Shown piece by piece: positions 52,753-64,000 of a DNA stretch of 64,000 nt (its first letter is position 1; each line of letters starts with the position of its first letter). A model generated the notes under the pieces. It was not told where the DNA came from. It saw nothing but the letters and a program-made list of their open reading frames with translations, and did not search any database. Made by a program: the position numbers and the translations under genes. Location: assembly GCF_018977255.1 (NCBI RefSeq), contig NW_024704746.1:29698001-29762000 (forward strand), written 5' to 3'. Origin of the DNA: Callorhinchus milii (taxonomy: Eukaryota).

Positions 52753-53100
52753 GGAGTCCTGTAGTTTAGTGGTTAGAGCACTCGCCTCGCAAGTGAGAGA
52801 CCTGGGTTTGATTCCTGCAGGGCCAAACTTTGGGCAAGTTTCCTTACTCCATACGCCTCTGTTTACCCATCAGTAAGTAGGAAATCGGTTGTTAGTCGAT
52901 TGGCTGATTGCTTTTCCGGGATTAATAATTCCTTCAAAAAAATTTTTTGTCACTTAATGTGTGTGGGACGCTGCTGTGTGTAAGTGGCTGCTGCGTTTTG
53001 CCCACAAAATATACAATCAAATCACTTGACTGTATATTCTGTGAAGCGCTTTGAGATGTCTCGAAGACGTGATAAGGTCACGTCAAATCAAATGCAAAAA
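52753..53100 (+). mobile_element. Full-length tRNA-headed SINE, long variant
   Basis: ggagtcctgtagtttagtggttagagcac head, gggcaagtttccttactcc core, shared 3' tail. Confidence 0.9.
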
Positions 53101-53114
53101 TTTTAAAAATTTAT

Positions 53115-53420
53115 TTCTATAGTAACGTTTCATATTCTATGTGTTATTCTCATAACATATTTCTATGTTATGATAACTTCGTTATTCTAACATAGTTCAT
53201 GGTAACTTTTCATATTCTATTTGTTAATCTTATAACACATATTGTTAATAATACATATTTTTATGATAACCTTCATATTATACTTGTTACTCAATAACAT
53301 ATTTCTATGGTAAGATTTCATATCATATTTGTTAGTATAATAACACACATAAGGTAACTTTTCACATTAAGCTCATTAGTCAAATAGCACACCCAGTATT
53401 TCTATGGTAACTTTTTCATG
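53115..53420. repeat. Diverged AT-rich minisatellite, unit roughly 45 bp
   Basis: Recurrent catatttctatggtaac(t)ttcatattctat..gtta..cataa motif. Confidence 0.75.
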
Positions 53421-53719
53421 CTCTACTTGAGTTTGATATTTCTGATCATTTGGCACTGTAATTCCCGTAGCTTTACTAACCAGTTTGAGTTTTAATGTTA
53501 CTGTGTTTAGAACATAAAATTATATCCCAGCTAACTGAAGAGCCCAGCTTATTAAAAAAACACAAAGCCAGGATTATAAAAAGGTTTTGCTTTTTCCAGC
53601 AACGCAAGCTAATTGAAGAGGCTGTTGCTAAGAGATGGTGCAGAAAGAACATCACTGAAAGACTCTGATCCGATGCTCAATGTAGCCTTCAATGCTCAGG
53701 TTATTAGGGAGGGATTGTT

Positions 53720-53941
53720 ATGGCAGCTTTGGAAAAGCGAACAGCAGCCAGCGAAAGCAGGACAGCTGGAATTAAAGAAGCCAACTTCAGCCCATCAACA
53801 CTGCGAGATGGGGTAGCTGTAGACTCTGAGAGCACAGAGTTCCAGGGTTTAGGACGTGCCACCCTGATGCAGAAAGCACACGAGTTCTTCCGGATCTGCG
53901 ACCAGGAAGATAAGGGATTTATTGCCAGAAAAGACATGCGG
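53720..53941 (+). CDS. CRACR2A: CRACR2A (EFCAB4B/Rab46) coding exon 1 with EF-hand 1 (MAALEK...[26 protein letters not shown])
   Basis: Matches recalled human [26 protein letters not shown]; donor cgg|gtgagt, 222 nt phase 0; position next to PARP11 as in human. Confidence 0.9.
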
Positions 53942-56900
53942 GTGAGTGAAGATGCTCTTACACTTATGAAGTTCACTTACTGTCTTGTTTCTGGGAGTTG
54001 TTAATCAATTGTATTTTAAAAGATAGAGTTGATTTTTTTTATTGCTTCAATACTCCAAACTGCCTCTTTATAAATTGATGAAAAGGAGCATTAATTGTTT
54101 TGGTTAAAAGATCTTTTAATCCCATTTTCTCTGACTTTCTTCCTAAGTATCTATTCATCTCCTTTTTAAATATCATCATTGATTCTCTACGTACGGCCTT
54201 TTGGAACAATGCTCTGACAAACTTCAATCATAAAATGTAGCATTTATGTATTGTAAATTCAGTTTTTGTTTTGATATTTGTGCAGATGGCCCCAAAAATC
54301 AAAGTTCTCTTAAAATTAAGTGGGACTGGCATCTTTGCATTAATCGTATTTTTTGCATGGCTCACTCTGTGAACTTGGGAACGTGAATGGCAGTATATGA
54401 AAGCTTGTTACTTATTTACATTTAACATTTTTGAGCACCGCAATATATATCGTTTTCAACCGACAATGCAAAATATACCTGAATAATGTGAATTAAAATG
54501 TATAGTGTATGTATGAGATTGTTAATTTCCCAAGTTTGTTTTACAGTATTCAACCCTGAAAATTTTATAGCAAAATTAGAGTTCAGCAAGTTCATTAAAT
54601 ATGTCTGAAACAAATCCAGAGGAGAATTGGTACGAAAAGCTGAATAAAGGAAAACTCATCAGAATAGTATGTTGCTCGTGAGAGCTAGGATGGTGATGAA
54701 CAGTAATTAGCCCTTTTGATGCCACTTTGAATGATTTATGAATATCAGCACTTTATAAAAAGCTGCTTGAAAAGATTTAACATCAAAATCATAAACAGAC
54801 GAAGCTTAATGAAGCCTCTTCTATTACTAATAAGACCTTGGCATTTTTTTCTGTTTTTGCTCTTACGAGCGCTAAAGTTGAATAAATCTGGAACCTTTTG
54901 CTTCCCTTTTACGTTTGTCACAGTTTCTCTGTGTTCACTGTTTGCGAACTATTAATCATTTTAGTTGTGTGAAAACAATCAGTCTGCTTTTCAGTTCCAT
55001 CCATTATCCACTTTAGGACGCCGCAGTGTGGCCTTAAGCCATTTTTAAAGATGTATGTTGTGGTTAGACAGAAAAATAACTAAGAAAATCTAGTTTGAAT
55101 GAAATATAGGATTATAAGATTTGTTTTTGATCAGCTGGGTGTCTGACACATGTGGAACCCCATCACCATGCTTAAGAATACCCAAACCAGACTGAGAATA
55201 TAAGAAACTCTTAATGAACAATGTTTATTGACCTAATTGTGGGCACGATCAATACGCACATTTTGAATCGCGGTAAACCTTTGCTTCTGTCAGGAATAAC
55301 CAGTCTTGTAACTTAACAGAAAAATTAAAGTGAAGTTTTTTTTTTTCTTGCTCTAGTTTAAAAAAAAGTGCAGTGCAATGATGACGAAAGAAAAACTTTT
55401 TCAATAGAAAAAAATCACCATTACCATTATTCATATTCTTCTTATTATTATGGAAGGACAATTTCCTGGTGGGAAATTTTGAAAATATTGCTGGCGAATC
55501 CCTGGGGGCTGGTAGAGATTTTCCCCAGAACTTTATATGTTAAAGATTGCCCTGATTCAGGTCATATCTCAGGCTGGCTTGAAACTCCAACGCCCACTAA
55601 ACACAATGGAGCTTTGCACTGAGTTGATCGCAGCTCCACCTTGGACTATACGTTACAGTGCAGCCTGGTCCAGGAACGGCCAGGTATCTGGGAGTGTGTT
55701 TGTGGTCAAATATTATCTGATAAGGATGTTTGACAAGACAAAGTGAAATGCCAGGCCTTGTGCTGGTATTACATGAAGAACTTCAGACTATTTTCAATTT
55801 ATTGTTGAATTTGGCAAGGTTCCATGAGTAATCAGTCAGGTGTTCAATCCCACCCATAGAAAACACATTAGTTCTTAGCATGTTATCTATGTAACTATTT
55901 ATTTTATAACAGCTGCTGTATATACTTTTATGCTACGCTGTATATTGGTATTTTTCCCCTGAGGACCTGCCATGAAGTTGTCATCTGCAGTCAGTAAAAT
56001 AACCTAAAAAGGAACATAAAAACACCAGTCCACAATATTGCTAGATGAAAGAAGACCAAGGTCTATCCAGTTTGCCTTCCACCATCCTGGCAGTTGCATA
56101 CACATGTTGTGTCCCTAACTATATACTATATCCCGAGATATTATTTCCTAAAATAATTCTAATTTTCTTTTGAAAGAATCAACCCTTTCTGATTGCACCA
56201 GCTTCCTAGGGAACCTGTTGCATACATTTACTACTTCATCATTGAAATAGTGAGAAAGGATTTTTTTCTAAACTAACTTAAAAATTTGCTCAGCCCATTT
56301 TTAATACATGTTCTTCTTTGTACTTTTTAAAAAATGTATTTGGTACTGTTTTGACCTGTTCCTAAGCAATGTTCTAAGTATTTTAAAGGGATGCAGGGTT
56401 GTTTTACTAAGACAGAAATATATTTGGCACAACAAGCAGGTATAGCCAGTAAAGTAATAACTTGGACAGATAATTCATGTAATTCACCCCAAGCGATTGC
56501 TTGAAGCACGGAAATACATGAAGAACATGTAATAGGAGACAAAACTCATAGATTTTCAACAGCTCAATCCGTGCTTTAGCAACTCTGGATTCACAACTGA
56601 TGCTCACGCTAGCTTTATATTCAGGCATGAATTGGCATTTTATTCAGAGATTGCATAAATATATATTAGCTTAGATTAGTGAAAAGGTCAAGCCAGAAAA
56701 GAGGTTTAATTCTTAATAATATTAATTCCATTGTGTAACACAGTCACTTGTCCTCACCTTTAAAGCCTTCCATGGTCTTGCTTGCCTGTGTTTTACTCAA
56801 GTTATTTATAACTTTGAAATTCAACATAAAATAAGTGTTATCTATTCTTACTAGTTGAGCAAAGGTTTGTTTAGAAATTAGCAGTGAAATGAAGTGTTGG

Positions 56901-58091
56901 ATACAGGAAACATCTGTAAAGCACATAAATGATTCTTATGATATTTATCTTGAGTATGAACTCTTACAATAACAATTATAGCATTATACCTCACCCAAAA
57001 AGCTTACTCTATATAAAACAGGAGTGACGGGAATTTTGCACTTTAACCTTTTAATCTATATTAACATCAAAGTTCTGGATATTTTGTTTGCTCACGCAGA
57101 ATACATCATATGCTTAAAAATACAGCAATGTTTGTTAGTGTGACTCATGATGTAAATGAAAATAACAAAAATTGGCAGTACCTGAAAACAAATTAAGTAG
57201 CTTTCAATCGAGAGGACATGTTAAATACAAGGAGAACACACTGAATAGGCTTTCATTATAGTGTTGCCAGCAAATAATAATAAATTTAGTTTAGAAATAG
57301 TACCACTTGACAACAAATAGTTCCTGAAACCTATTTAAATACAATTCTGTTGTTATTGAAATTTGAATTTCAATAACAATAATTACGAAGTATATTTTTA
57401 AATTGTCAATGCACTTTCCCTGAATCGCTCTTCTACTTATGTTATTCCACAACATGAGGCGTTAAGGTAGGATAGCATAGGAATAGGAGCAATTTAGAGG
57501 AAATGCACTGATAATTAAAACATATATATATGGCATCTATGCTATTTGAAAATAAATGGAATTGTAATTTTATACAATTGTACTTTGGGGCATTTGGCAA
57601 AATCACATTGTGTTTTATATTCAAGGTTTGAAAATGACACCTAGTTTCAGATTGCACAGAAACAAGACTTAACTCTGACACCTAAATAGTCTGAATACTG
57701 TAATTGATTACAGAAGCAGTGGAATGAGAGTCAGGGAATGTACAATTGCCACACAGAACATTTCTTTCAAATGTGAGAATGTCAGATAAACAAAGAAACA
57801 AAATCTTGTCTGCACCTTAAATTATACAGTTGTTGACTAACTCCTTTTCGGGTATTGTTCTGTCAATCACTTAGAAAAAACATAAACAGTACGTATCAGA
57901 AAACAGTTATCTGTAGAGGATATGTGGGCCTACATTGCATCCTAACTTGCATTAATTGTGGAAGGATGCTGTCGATCAAATCATAACCGTTATTATCTCT
58001 GGAGTAAATTGTATTCGCACTGGGAACTCAATACAATTTAACACAAAAAAATGCCATATGTGTTTGTGAATGAACTTGTTTTTTTTCTTAG

Positions 58092-58203
58092 CGGCTTGAC
58101 AGTGAGTTGCCTCTAGGGTCTGATGAGCTGGAGAATGTCTTTGATATGCTGGATGCAGATGGTAATGGTTATCTTACCCTGAAGGAATTTACGACAGGAT
58201 TTG
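58092..58203 (+). CDS. CRACR2A: CRACR2A exon 2, EF-hand 2 ([37 protein letters not shown])
   Basis: Canonical EF loop [12 protein letters not shown]; tcttag acceptor, g|gtaagt donor, phase 0->1. Confidence 0.95.
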
Positions 58204-58552
58204 GTAAGTTCACGAGAAAATATCTCAATTCATGGTACTTGCAAATATTTAGATGTACGATTGATTACAAAGTGGAAAAAACGTGTTTATGCAATGCTTT
58301 GGGCCAGAATAAATATAACTTTAAATATAACATAAAAGCACAAGACAAAATAATTTTTTTTAGTCAGCTGGGTGTCCGACACATATGGAAACTCGTCATC
58401 ACCATACTTAAGGGTATCCAAACCAGGCGCAAAATAACACATGCAGCTACTCTAGCAACAAATATTCACATGTCTGACCAATAAATTGGTATTTTATGCC
58501 GTTTAGCATGGAGGCACCACTTTCGATTTGACGAGTTTGTTTTGGTGTTTAG

Positions 58553-58727
58553 GTGAGTTCCTATTTGGTGAAACGATTACTGTTCACGAGACAAAGGAAG
58601 AAGAGCATCAGGATGAATCTCTGTACCAGTCGCAGTGTGAAGAGCAATTGTCGCCAGTTGAAGATGATGAAGAAAGTCATTTCTATAGGCTTATGGAAAC
58701 CCTGGGAGCAAAGAACCTCTTTGAAAA
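58553..58727 (+). CDS. CRACR2A: CRACR2A exon 3 (GEFLFGE...DDEESHFYRLMETLGAKNLFE)
   Basis: gtttag acceptor, aa|gtatgt donor, 175 nt phase 1->2; human EDEEAQFRMLMDRLGAQKVLE. Confidence 0.9.
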
Positions 58728-58926
58728 GTATGTCTAGAATTCGCATTAAAATAAAACGTGAAAACTTTTATCTACTGATCAAAACCCAGGTGCAGTGTTA
58801 GAATGCTAAATAGAAGTGGCTTTGTTTCTGTATCCTTTAAAGTAGAAACACAGCTTTGCAGATTTAGATGCTTTACATGTCTTGATCATTCCTTTTTTTT
58901 AATGATAACGTTTGCGCCTTTTTCAG

Positions 58927-59073
58927 CCAAAATGAAATAAGAAACCTTTGGGCACAACTTAGAAAAGATGAACCACAACTACTTACTAACTTTGAAGAAT
59001 TCCTAAGAAGGGTTTCAATTCTGATCCGACAAGCCAATGAGGAAAAGGAGAATATAGAATTTGTTCTGAAAAG
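58927..59073 (+). CDS. CRACR2A: CRACR2A exon 4 (NQNEIRNLWAQLRKDEPQLLTNFEEFLRRVS...IEFVLK)
   Basis: tttcag acceptor, ag|gtttgt donor, 147 nt phase 2->2; human LWLQLKKEEPHLLSNFEDFL. Confidence 0.92.
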
Positions 59074-59378
59074 GTTTGTGCAAAGTTGCAACAAAACACA
59101 ATCTCAGTGGGTAGCTACTCTGCTCAGCATCCAAGCCTGTAACTGTGAAGCACTCAGAGACTTTATCCTACGTGAAGAGTGCTATAAGTTGTTGTTCTTT
59201 CTCTACGTCATTAATGTCTTATATGCTTCCCCTTAAGTTCTTCCCCTTAAGCTCTTCTGCTTGAAGAAATTCCCCTTAAGCTCTCCTTTTTGTGCAGTAT
59301 GTTTAACAAAAACGCAAATGCAGTACATAGAAAATCAATCAAAAAGATGATCAGTAAATAAATATCCTTTGTTTTCAG

Positions 59379-59469
59379 AAAGACAACTGAACACGGTGAA
59401 GAAATAGAATATCTCTACGAGGAAATGGAACAGCAGATTAAAAGTGAGCAAGACAAACTGTCTAATAAG
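59379..59469 (+). CDS. CRACR2A: CRACR2A exon 5 (RKTTEHGEEIEYLYEEMEQQIKSEQDKLSNK)
   Basis: LYEEMEQQIKSE motif; tttcag acceptor, aag|gtaaaa donor, phase 2->0. Confidence 0.94.
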
Positions 59470-59597
59470 GTAAAAGCTATTAAATAAGGATGCTTAATAT
59501 CTGATGAAATAAATGAAGTTACTATTCAAAAGTCATTGTTCAATTACCAATTGAATTTTTTTTCTCTCTGTGCTCCTATCTGAATGCTTCTGGCCAG

Positions 59598-59693
59598 GAC
59601 ACAGAGATGTTTAATATTCAAAGCCAAAAGCTGGAATCTGAGCTAAAAGCTAAAGAACGAGAATTGGAACATCTCATTCAGAAGCAGAAACAG
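59598..59693 (+). CDS. CRACR2A: CRACR2A exon 6, coiled coil (DTEMFNIQSQKLESELKAKERELEHLIQKQKQ)
   Basis: ggccag acceptor, cag|gtagtg donor, 96 nt phase 0->0; human DTERFQARSQELEQKLLCKEQELEQLTQKQK. Confidence 0.9.
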
Positions 59694-60020
59694 GTAGTGG
59701 AATCATAATAATAACAATAATAATAGTCCTTGTATTTGATATAGCAAGTCATTGAGTCGTCTCAAAGCACTTTACAGGATATACTGTAAAGTGAATTGAC
59801 TGTGTATTTTGTGGGCGAAACTTGGCAGACAATTGCACACAACAGTAATAATAATCTTTGCATTTGATAAATGGGAACCCAGTGTATATGTAGGTATACA
59901 CGGTATAGTATGCAGGTGTTCTGAAAAGATGAGACCAAATGAACTGAAGGGCTTTTTTTTAACCGAATCTCTCATGATCTTGTTTTCATTGTTGTTTAAT
60001 TTGCTTAACCTCCACGTCAG

Positions 60021-60208
60021 CTAGAGAAACAGTGCAAGAAACTGTCCAGTGAAAAGCAAGAGATAAGGGTGGAGAATAAAAAACTGAAGGAAACTAACGA
60101 CGAGTTGGGGAACGAGTTGGACCAAACTGGCCACGAGCTACTGTATGCCCAGCATCAACTGCAGTTACTGCACAAAGAAGCTTCCCATCTTCAAGATGAA
60201 AGAGAAAT
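60021..60208 (+). CDS. CRACR2A: CRACR2A exon 7, coiled coil (LEKQCKKLSSEKQEIRVENKKLKETNDEL...LQDERE)
   Basis: cgtcag acceptor, at|gtgagt donor, 188 nt phase 0->2. Confidence 0.92.
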
Positions 60209-60724
60209 GTGAGTGCTGCCACCGCAAAATACACAATGCCTGTCTGCAAAATAAATAAATAAATAATTTTTGCTTTGAACCTAAGACTATTCTAGGAAAT
60301 ACATGAACAAGCTATTTATATAGCGTACAATTTGCATTTCTAATGTTAAGGTCACACGCCATGCAATCATGTTTATAACTTGAAGGATACAGAAGCAAAG
60401 CCACTTCTGTCCTGAAAGTAGATGCTGTGTGTAATTGGCTGCCGGGTTTCACCCACAAAATATACAGTCAATTCACTTCAAAGTATATTCAGCTTTTGGC
60501 TGTGAAGTGCTTTGAGACATCTCGAAGACGTGATAAGCCGCTATATCAAATACAAGGATTATTATTGATCTGGAGCTCGAAGCTGATCAATTTATTTCCT
60601 GTTCTTCATTGTTTTGACTCATGCAGAGAGTTGCTGAAAATCTCTTACTGTGTTAGTGTGAGAGAAAAACTCCTTTATGAGATTGATCAGCACATTAACT
60701 TGTATTTTAATTGTATTTCTTCAG

Positions 60725-60796
60725 GGAGCTCTATAGAGTTACTGAAGGTCTGGAAAGGGAGAAGACAGGTCTTCTGAAACAGTTAGATCTCCTCAG
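60725..60796 (+). CDS. CRACR2A: CRACR2A exon 8 (MELYRVTEGLEREKTGLLKQLDLL)
   Basis: cttcag acceptor, ag|gtaaga donor, phase 2->2; human [25 protein letters not shown]. Confidence 0.93.
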
Positions 60797-61295
60797 GTAA
60801 GAGATTGCAATCTGCAATGAACTATAGCTGGGCTTGGACTCTCTTCTCAGTTGTATTACCTTGTTGTGCAAACCTGTTCTCCACTACATGAAGACATTTT
60901 GAAATGTGAAAGCATATAACAAGTGGCAATGCCTTATCACATAGTGCAGGCAGGGGATACACAAAATATAAGCAGTCAGTCAATTTTAAGGTATATCATG
61001 TGAAGAGCTTTGAGACGTCCTGACAATGTGACAAAGCACTATATCAAATTAGGCATTATATCTGTTGAAGAGCAATCCTTTCATTCCCATTTATCTGCCT
61101 TTCCCACACGCCTAATAATAATAATAATAAATTGGTCATTTTCAATAATATACAGTCAATTCACTTTACCGCTATAGTTTACTCAATGATTAATCAAGGA
61201 TTAACTAAGAATTATGCAGTAAAGAATGTGCAAAGTTTCTTGCAAAACAAGTTCAAGACATTTATTTATTGCAATTTTTTTCAAATGTTCTGCAG

Positions 61296-61350
61296 AGAAA
61301 TGAACAAGGTTCTTCGAGATGAACGGGATATGTGTTTGACTAATATAAAG
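61296..61350 (+). CDS. CRACR2A: CRACR2A exon 9 (REMNKVLRDERDMCLTNIK)
   Basis: ctgcag acceptor, aag|gtagga donor, phase 2->0; human RERNKHLRDERDICFQKNK. Confidence 0.9.
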
Positions 61351-61576
61351 GTAGGAATCGGTTTCCTTGCAGGGGCAATTTCTGAAATCAGAGGTGCTCA
61401 AATTAGCTTCCATATCTATGTATAGAAATTATTTCAGCTCTTGAGCTGTAACAACATTGTATTTGCCTCGAAAATAAATGAATTATTACAAAGCTTTATG
61501 AGGGAGTTCCTCCTGTGCCCCTTTGATAATGCAAGGACTATTATTATTAATAATCAACCTTCTGTTCATTTCGCAG

Positions 61577-61653
61577 CCACCTGCCATCTCCAGGAATCAA
61601 AAAGTTCCCTTAGTTGTTGACCATCATATCAACATCAATCCTCCTGTCAACAG
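61577..61653 (+). CDS. CRACR2A: CRACR2A exon 10, divergent linker (PPAISRNQKVPLVVDHHININPPVN)
   Basis: tcgcag acceptor, ag|gtgaat donor, open frame. Phase 0->2 exactly bridges exons 9 and 11; little recognisable similarity. Confidence 0.65.
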
Positions 61654-62208
61654 GTGAATTCCTGCTCATATTATTTTGTTATTGTTGACATTATTTTCTG
61701 TTCAATACTGATGTTTTCTGTTCAATGCCGCCTTTCCCCCTCCTTCCCCTCTTTCAGATCAAGACTGAAGAGGAATAAAATTGGTCATTCTCTTAATGGC
61801 TGTTTATGGGACGTCACCCGTTTCACCCACAAAATATACAGTCAATTCACTTTGACCGTGCTTACGATCACTTCCTCCCTCCCCCCCCGGCTTGGCGCAG
61901 TGCTCCGCCACTGTTAGGCGCTCTGAGACACTGCCCCCAACCCATGAAGGGCACTATATAAATGCAAGTTGTTGTTGATGTGCACACTCAGAGTGCCTGC
62001 AGTTCTCATGTCCTGACATTGCACAACCATAGCCTGCAAACGCCAAAGCCCAAATCCTCTCACCCGTGTCAATCGCTGCCATCACATCCCCTGCTGTCCT
62101 GAGCCATAAGAGAGTTCAGAGTTTGCCGAGTATTTTCAAACAAATTCCAAAGGAAAACATATTTCGAATAATAGTTATTTACCTATAAATGCCCTGTGCT
62201 CACTGTAG

Positions 62209-62377
62209 ACATGATATCCACAAGGAAACAACCGATAATAAAGAGTCCCGAAGACGAGGCTTGCAGAGAATCATTTCGATCGAAGAAGATCATCTTCCAG
62301 ATCTACTGGAACCCCATCTCCCAACACAATTAAATGATTGGATTGAGGAGGAGGGCGAGATGGAAAACGAAGGCCAG
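62209..62377 (+). CDS. CRACR2A: CRACR2A exon 11 (RHDIHKE...GLQRIISIEEDHLPDLLE...EEEGEMENEGQ)
   Basis: Matches human LRRIISVEEDPLPQLL; ctgtag acceptor, cag|gtaata donor, phase 2->0. Confidence 0.88.
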
Positions 62378-62465
62378 GTAATAATAATTCTTGCGTTTGG
62401 TATAGGACATGGCAGGATATACTGTAAATTAGAGCAACTGTGTTTTTGTGGACATTGCACACAGT

Positions 62466-62985
62466 GATAATAATAATCCTTGCATTTCATATAGTGCCTT
62501 ATCACATCTTCGGATGATCTCAAAGCGCTTCACAGAATATACTGTAAAGTGAATTGACTGTGTATTTTGTGGGCGAAACGGGTGATGTCCCACAAATAGC
62601 CATTAAGAGAATGACCAATTTTATTTTATTTGGGGGATTATCGTCCAGGACACTGGCAGAAACTTCCTTCTCTTTTTGATTAGTACCATGGGATCTTTAA
62701 CATTCACCTGACCAGGTAGACGGGACCTTGGTTTAACGTCTCATCTGAAGGACAGCATTTCTAACATTGCAGCACACCCGCAAAACTGTATTGGAGTGAG
62801 ATCTTCGATGGGCCCTCAGTTTAATGCCATCATTTGAAGGATGACACCTCTTAACAATGCAGCACACTTCCCGCGCTGCAATGGAGCGTCAGCTTAGACT
62901 TTGAGTTCGAAGTCCTGACATGAGGCTTGAATTCAAAATTTTCTGAGTCAGAGGCAAGCGGGCTACCAACTGAATCAGGCTGATG
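62466..62985 (-). mobile_element. DeuSINE in a CRACR2A intron, with part of the Deu domain repeated
   Basis: ggtttaacgtctcatctgaaggacagc (~62730) and cagtttaatgccatcatttgaaggatgac (~62818); shared 3' tail. Confidence 0.8.
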
Positions 62986-63006
62986 TAATTAAATGTTTGC
63001 ATGTAG

Positions 63007-63108
63007 GTGGAGACGAAGGAGAAAGAAAAAGAAGCTGAAAAGATTTCTGATGATGAAATTCCATCATCCCCAAGGAAACAACCAATCGGCAAAGAATCAT
63101 TGGCACCA
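63007..63108 (+). CDS. CRACR2A: CRACR2A exon 12 (VETKEKE...IPSSPRKQPIGKESLAP); gene continues past the window toward the Rab domain
   Basis: Matches human TPTSPRGQPVGKEAL; atgtag acceptor, cca|gtaagt donor, 102 nt phase 0->0. Confidence 0.85.
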
Positions 63109-64000
63109 GTAAGTTAATTTTTCTCTCTCGCTCTGCACTTACCAGTTATGATGAGTAGTTATGAATATGTTATGCCAGTAGTCAGTTACTATCCTGCAAG
63201 AAGGACGTTATATAAATGCAAGTTGTTGTTGTCATTATAGTCGTACATGATTTAACAAATAGAAAGATAATTGGAATTATAGATGACCAAAACCTACAAC
63301 AATAATTAGTATTGCATAAGAAAATGGGAATTAGTGAGACAGATATTCTTGGGGTGGATTTTCAGATTTTTCCCCAGACTAGAATATGGTTATATGCCAT
63401 TTCTTATTGTAATTTGTATGTATAAAGCATTGGAGGGCAAGTAAGCTTAAACACCGGGGTCACTTATGTTTTGAGACAAGATTAATTTCCCCAATGTATG
63501 ATTGTATAGGACCTCTGATGGCTTATCAGGTAAAAGGAGCTTGGTGTGTGACAGAGTGTTGTAAATTTAATATGAGCAGCACCTGGGAACGTCTGGGGCA
63601 GGAAGGGAAAACTCAGCCAGGATATCTGCCCTTGGTGTATGGACATCAGGTGAGGACAGGATTGGATTCAACTGAAGTCCATGGAGTCAAATAGCTTTTC
63701 AACCCTCACTGTTAACGCTCAAATAATGGTCAGCGGTATTGGAACCTTAACCCTTGTAAAAGGAATAAAGGAATCAAGTACCTTCGGGAGATAAGGTGAG
63801 GAGGGAAGAAAATTGGAGGAAAATCATCAGGCAAAATGAAATATGGGATATAATCTTACATTAGTACAATAACAACTTGCATTTATGGGTACGTAGGAAT
63901 GGACAGGAACAGAAACCACTGTCCATCTGGCTGTTCGTGTTACAAAATAATTAAATTGTAGTTTTAATTGATGTGTGAATAACACACAGTTCTACTTCTT

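Noticed and set aside
53720-63108. Assignment to paralogues CRACR2B, RASEF or RAB44
   Set aside because: Motifs ([23 protein letters not shown].GKE) and adjacency to PARP11 fit CRACR2A best, from recall.
1-64000. Prokaryotic-type systems (CRISPR, operons, defence islands)
   Set aside because: The window is intron-rich vertebrate DNA with no such signatures.

Overview
AT-rich vertebrate genomic DNA, most likely from a cartilaginous fish (inferred from the repeat families and protein divergence), with several N gaps. I reconstructed two + strand spliced genes by hand, with consistent GT-AG sites and intron phases. PARP11 has a complete CDS (7 coding exons, 32557-38846, 332 aa, WWE + mono-ADP-ribosyltransferase). 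CRACR2A/EFCAB4B (Rab46) is partial (12 coding exons, 53720-63108, 502 codons); its Rab domain must lie beyond the window. This is the same order as the human PARP11-CRACR2A pair. The first ~27 kb has no recognisable gene and is rich in DeuSINE-type and tRNA-Ala-headed SINEs, L2 and CR1 LINE 3' fragments and Penelope-type palindromes. Most notable: (i) a duplicated 81-nt - strand exon-like unit whose four differences are all synonymous; (ii) a candidate bidirectional ISRE-bearing promoter at ~29.1-29.4 kb with a possible divergent spliced transcript; (iii) hammerhead-ribozyme relics; (iv) a U2 snRNA 5' fragment; (v) a SINE-derived alternative exon that could truncate CRACR2A before its Rab domain. 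I cannot firmly support a new biological system. All family calls are from recall, not database searches.
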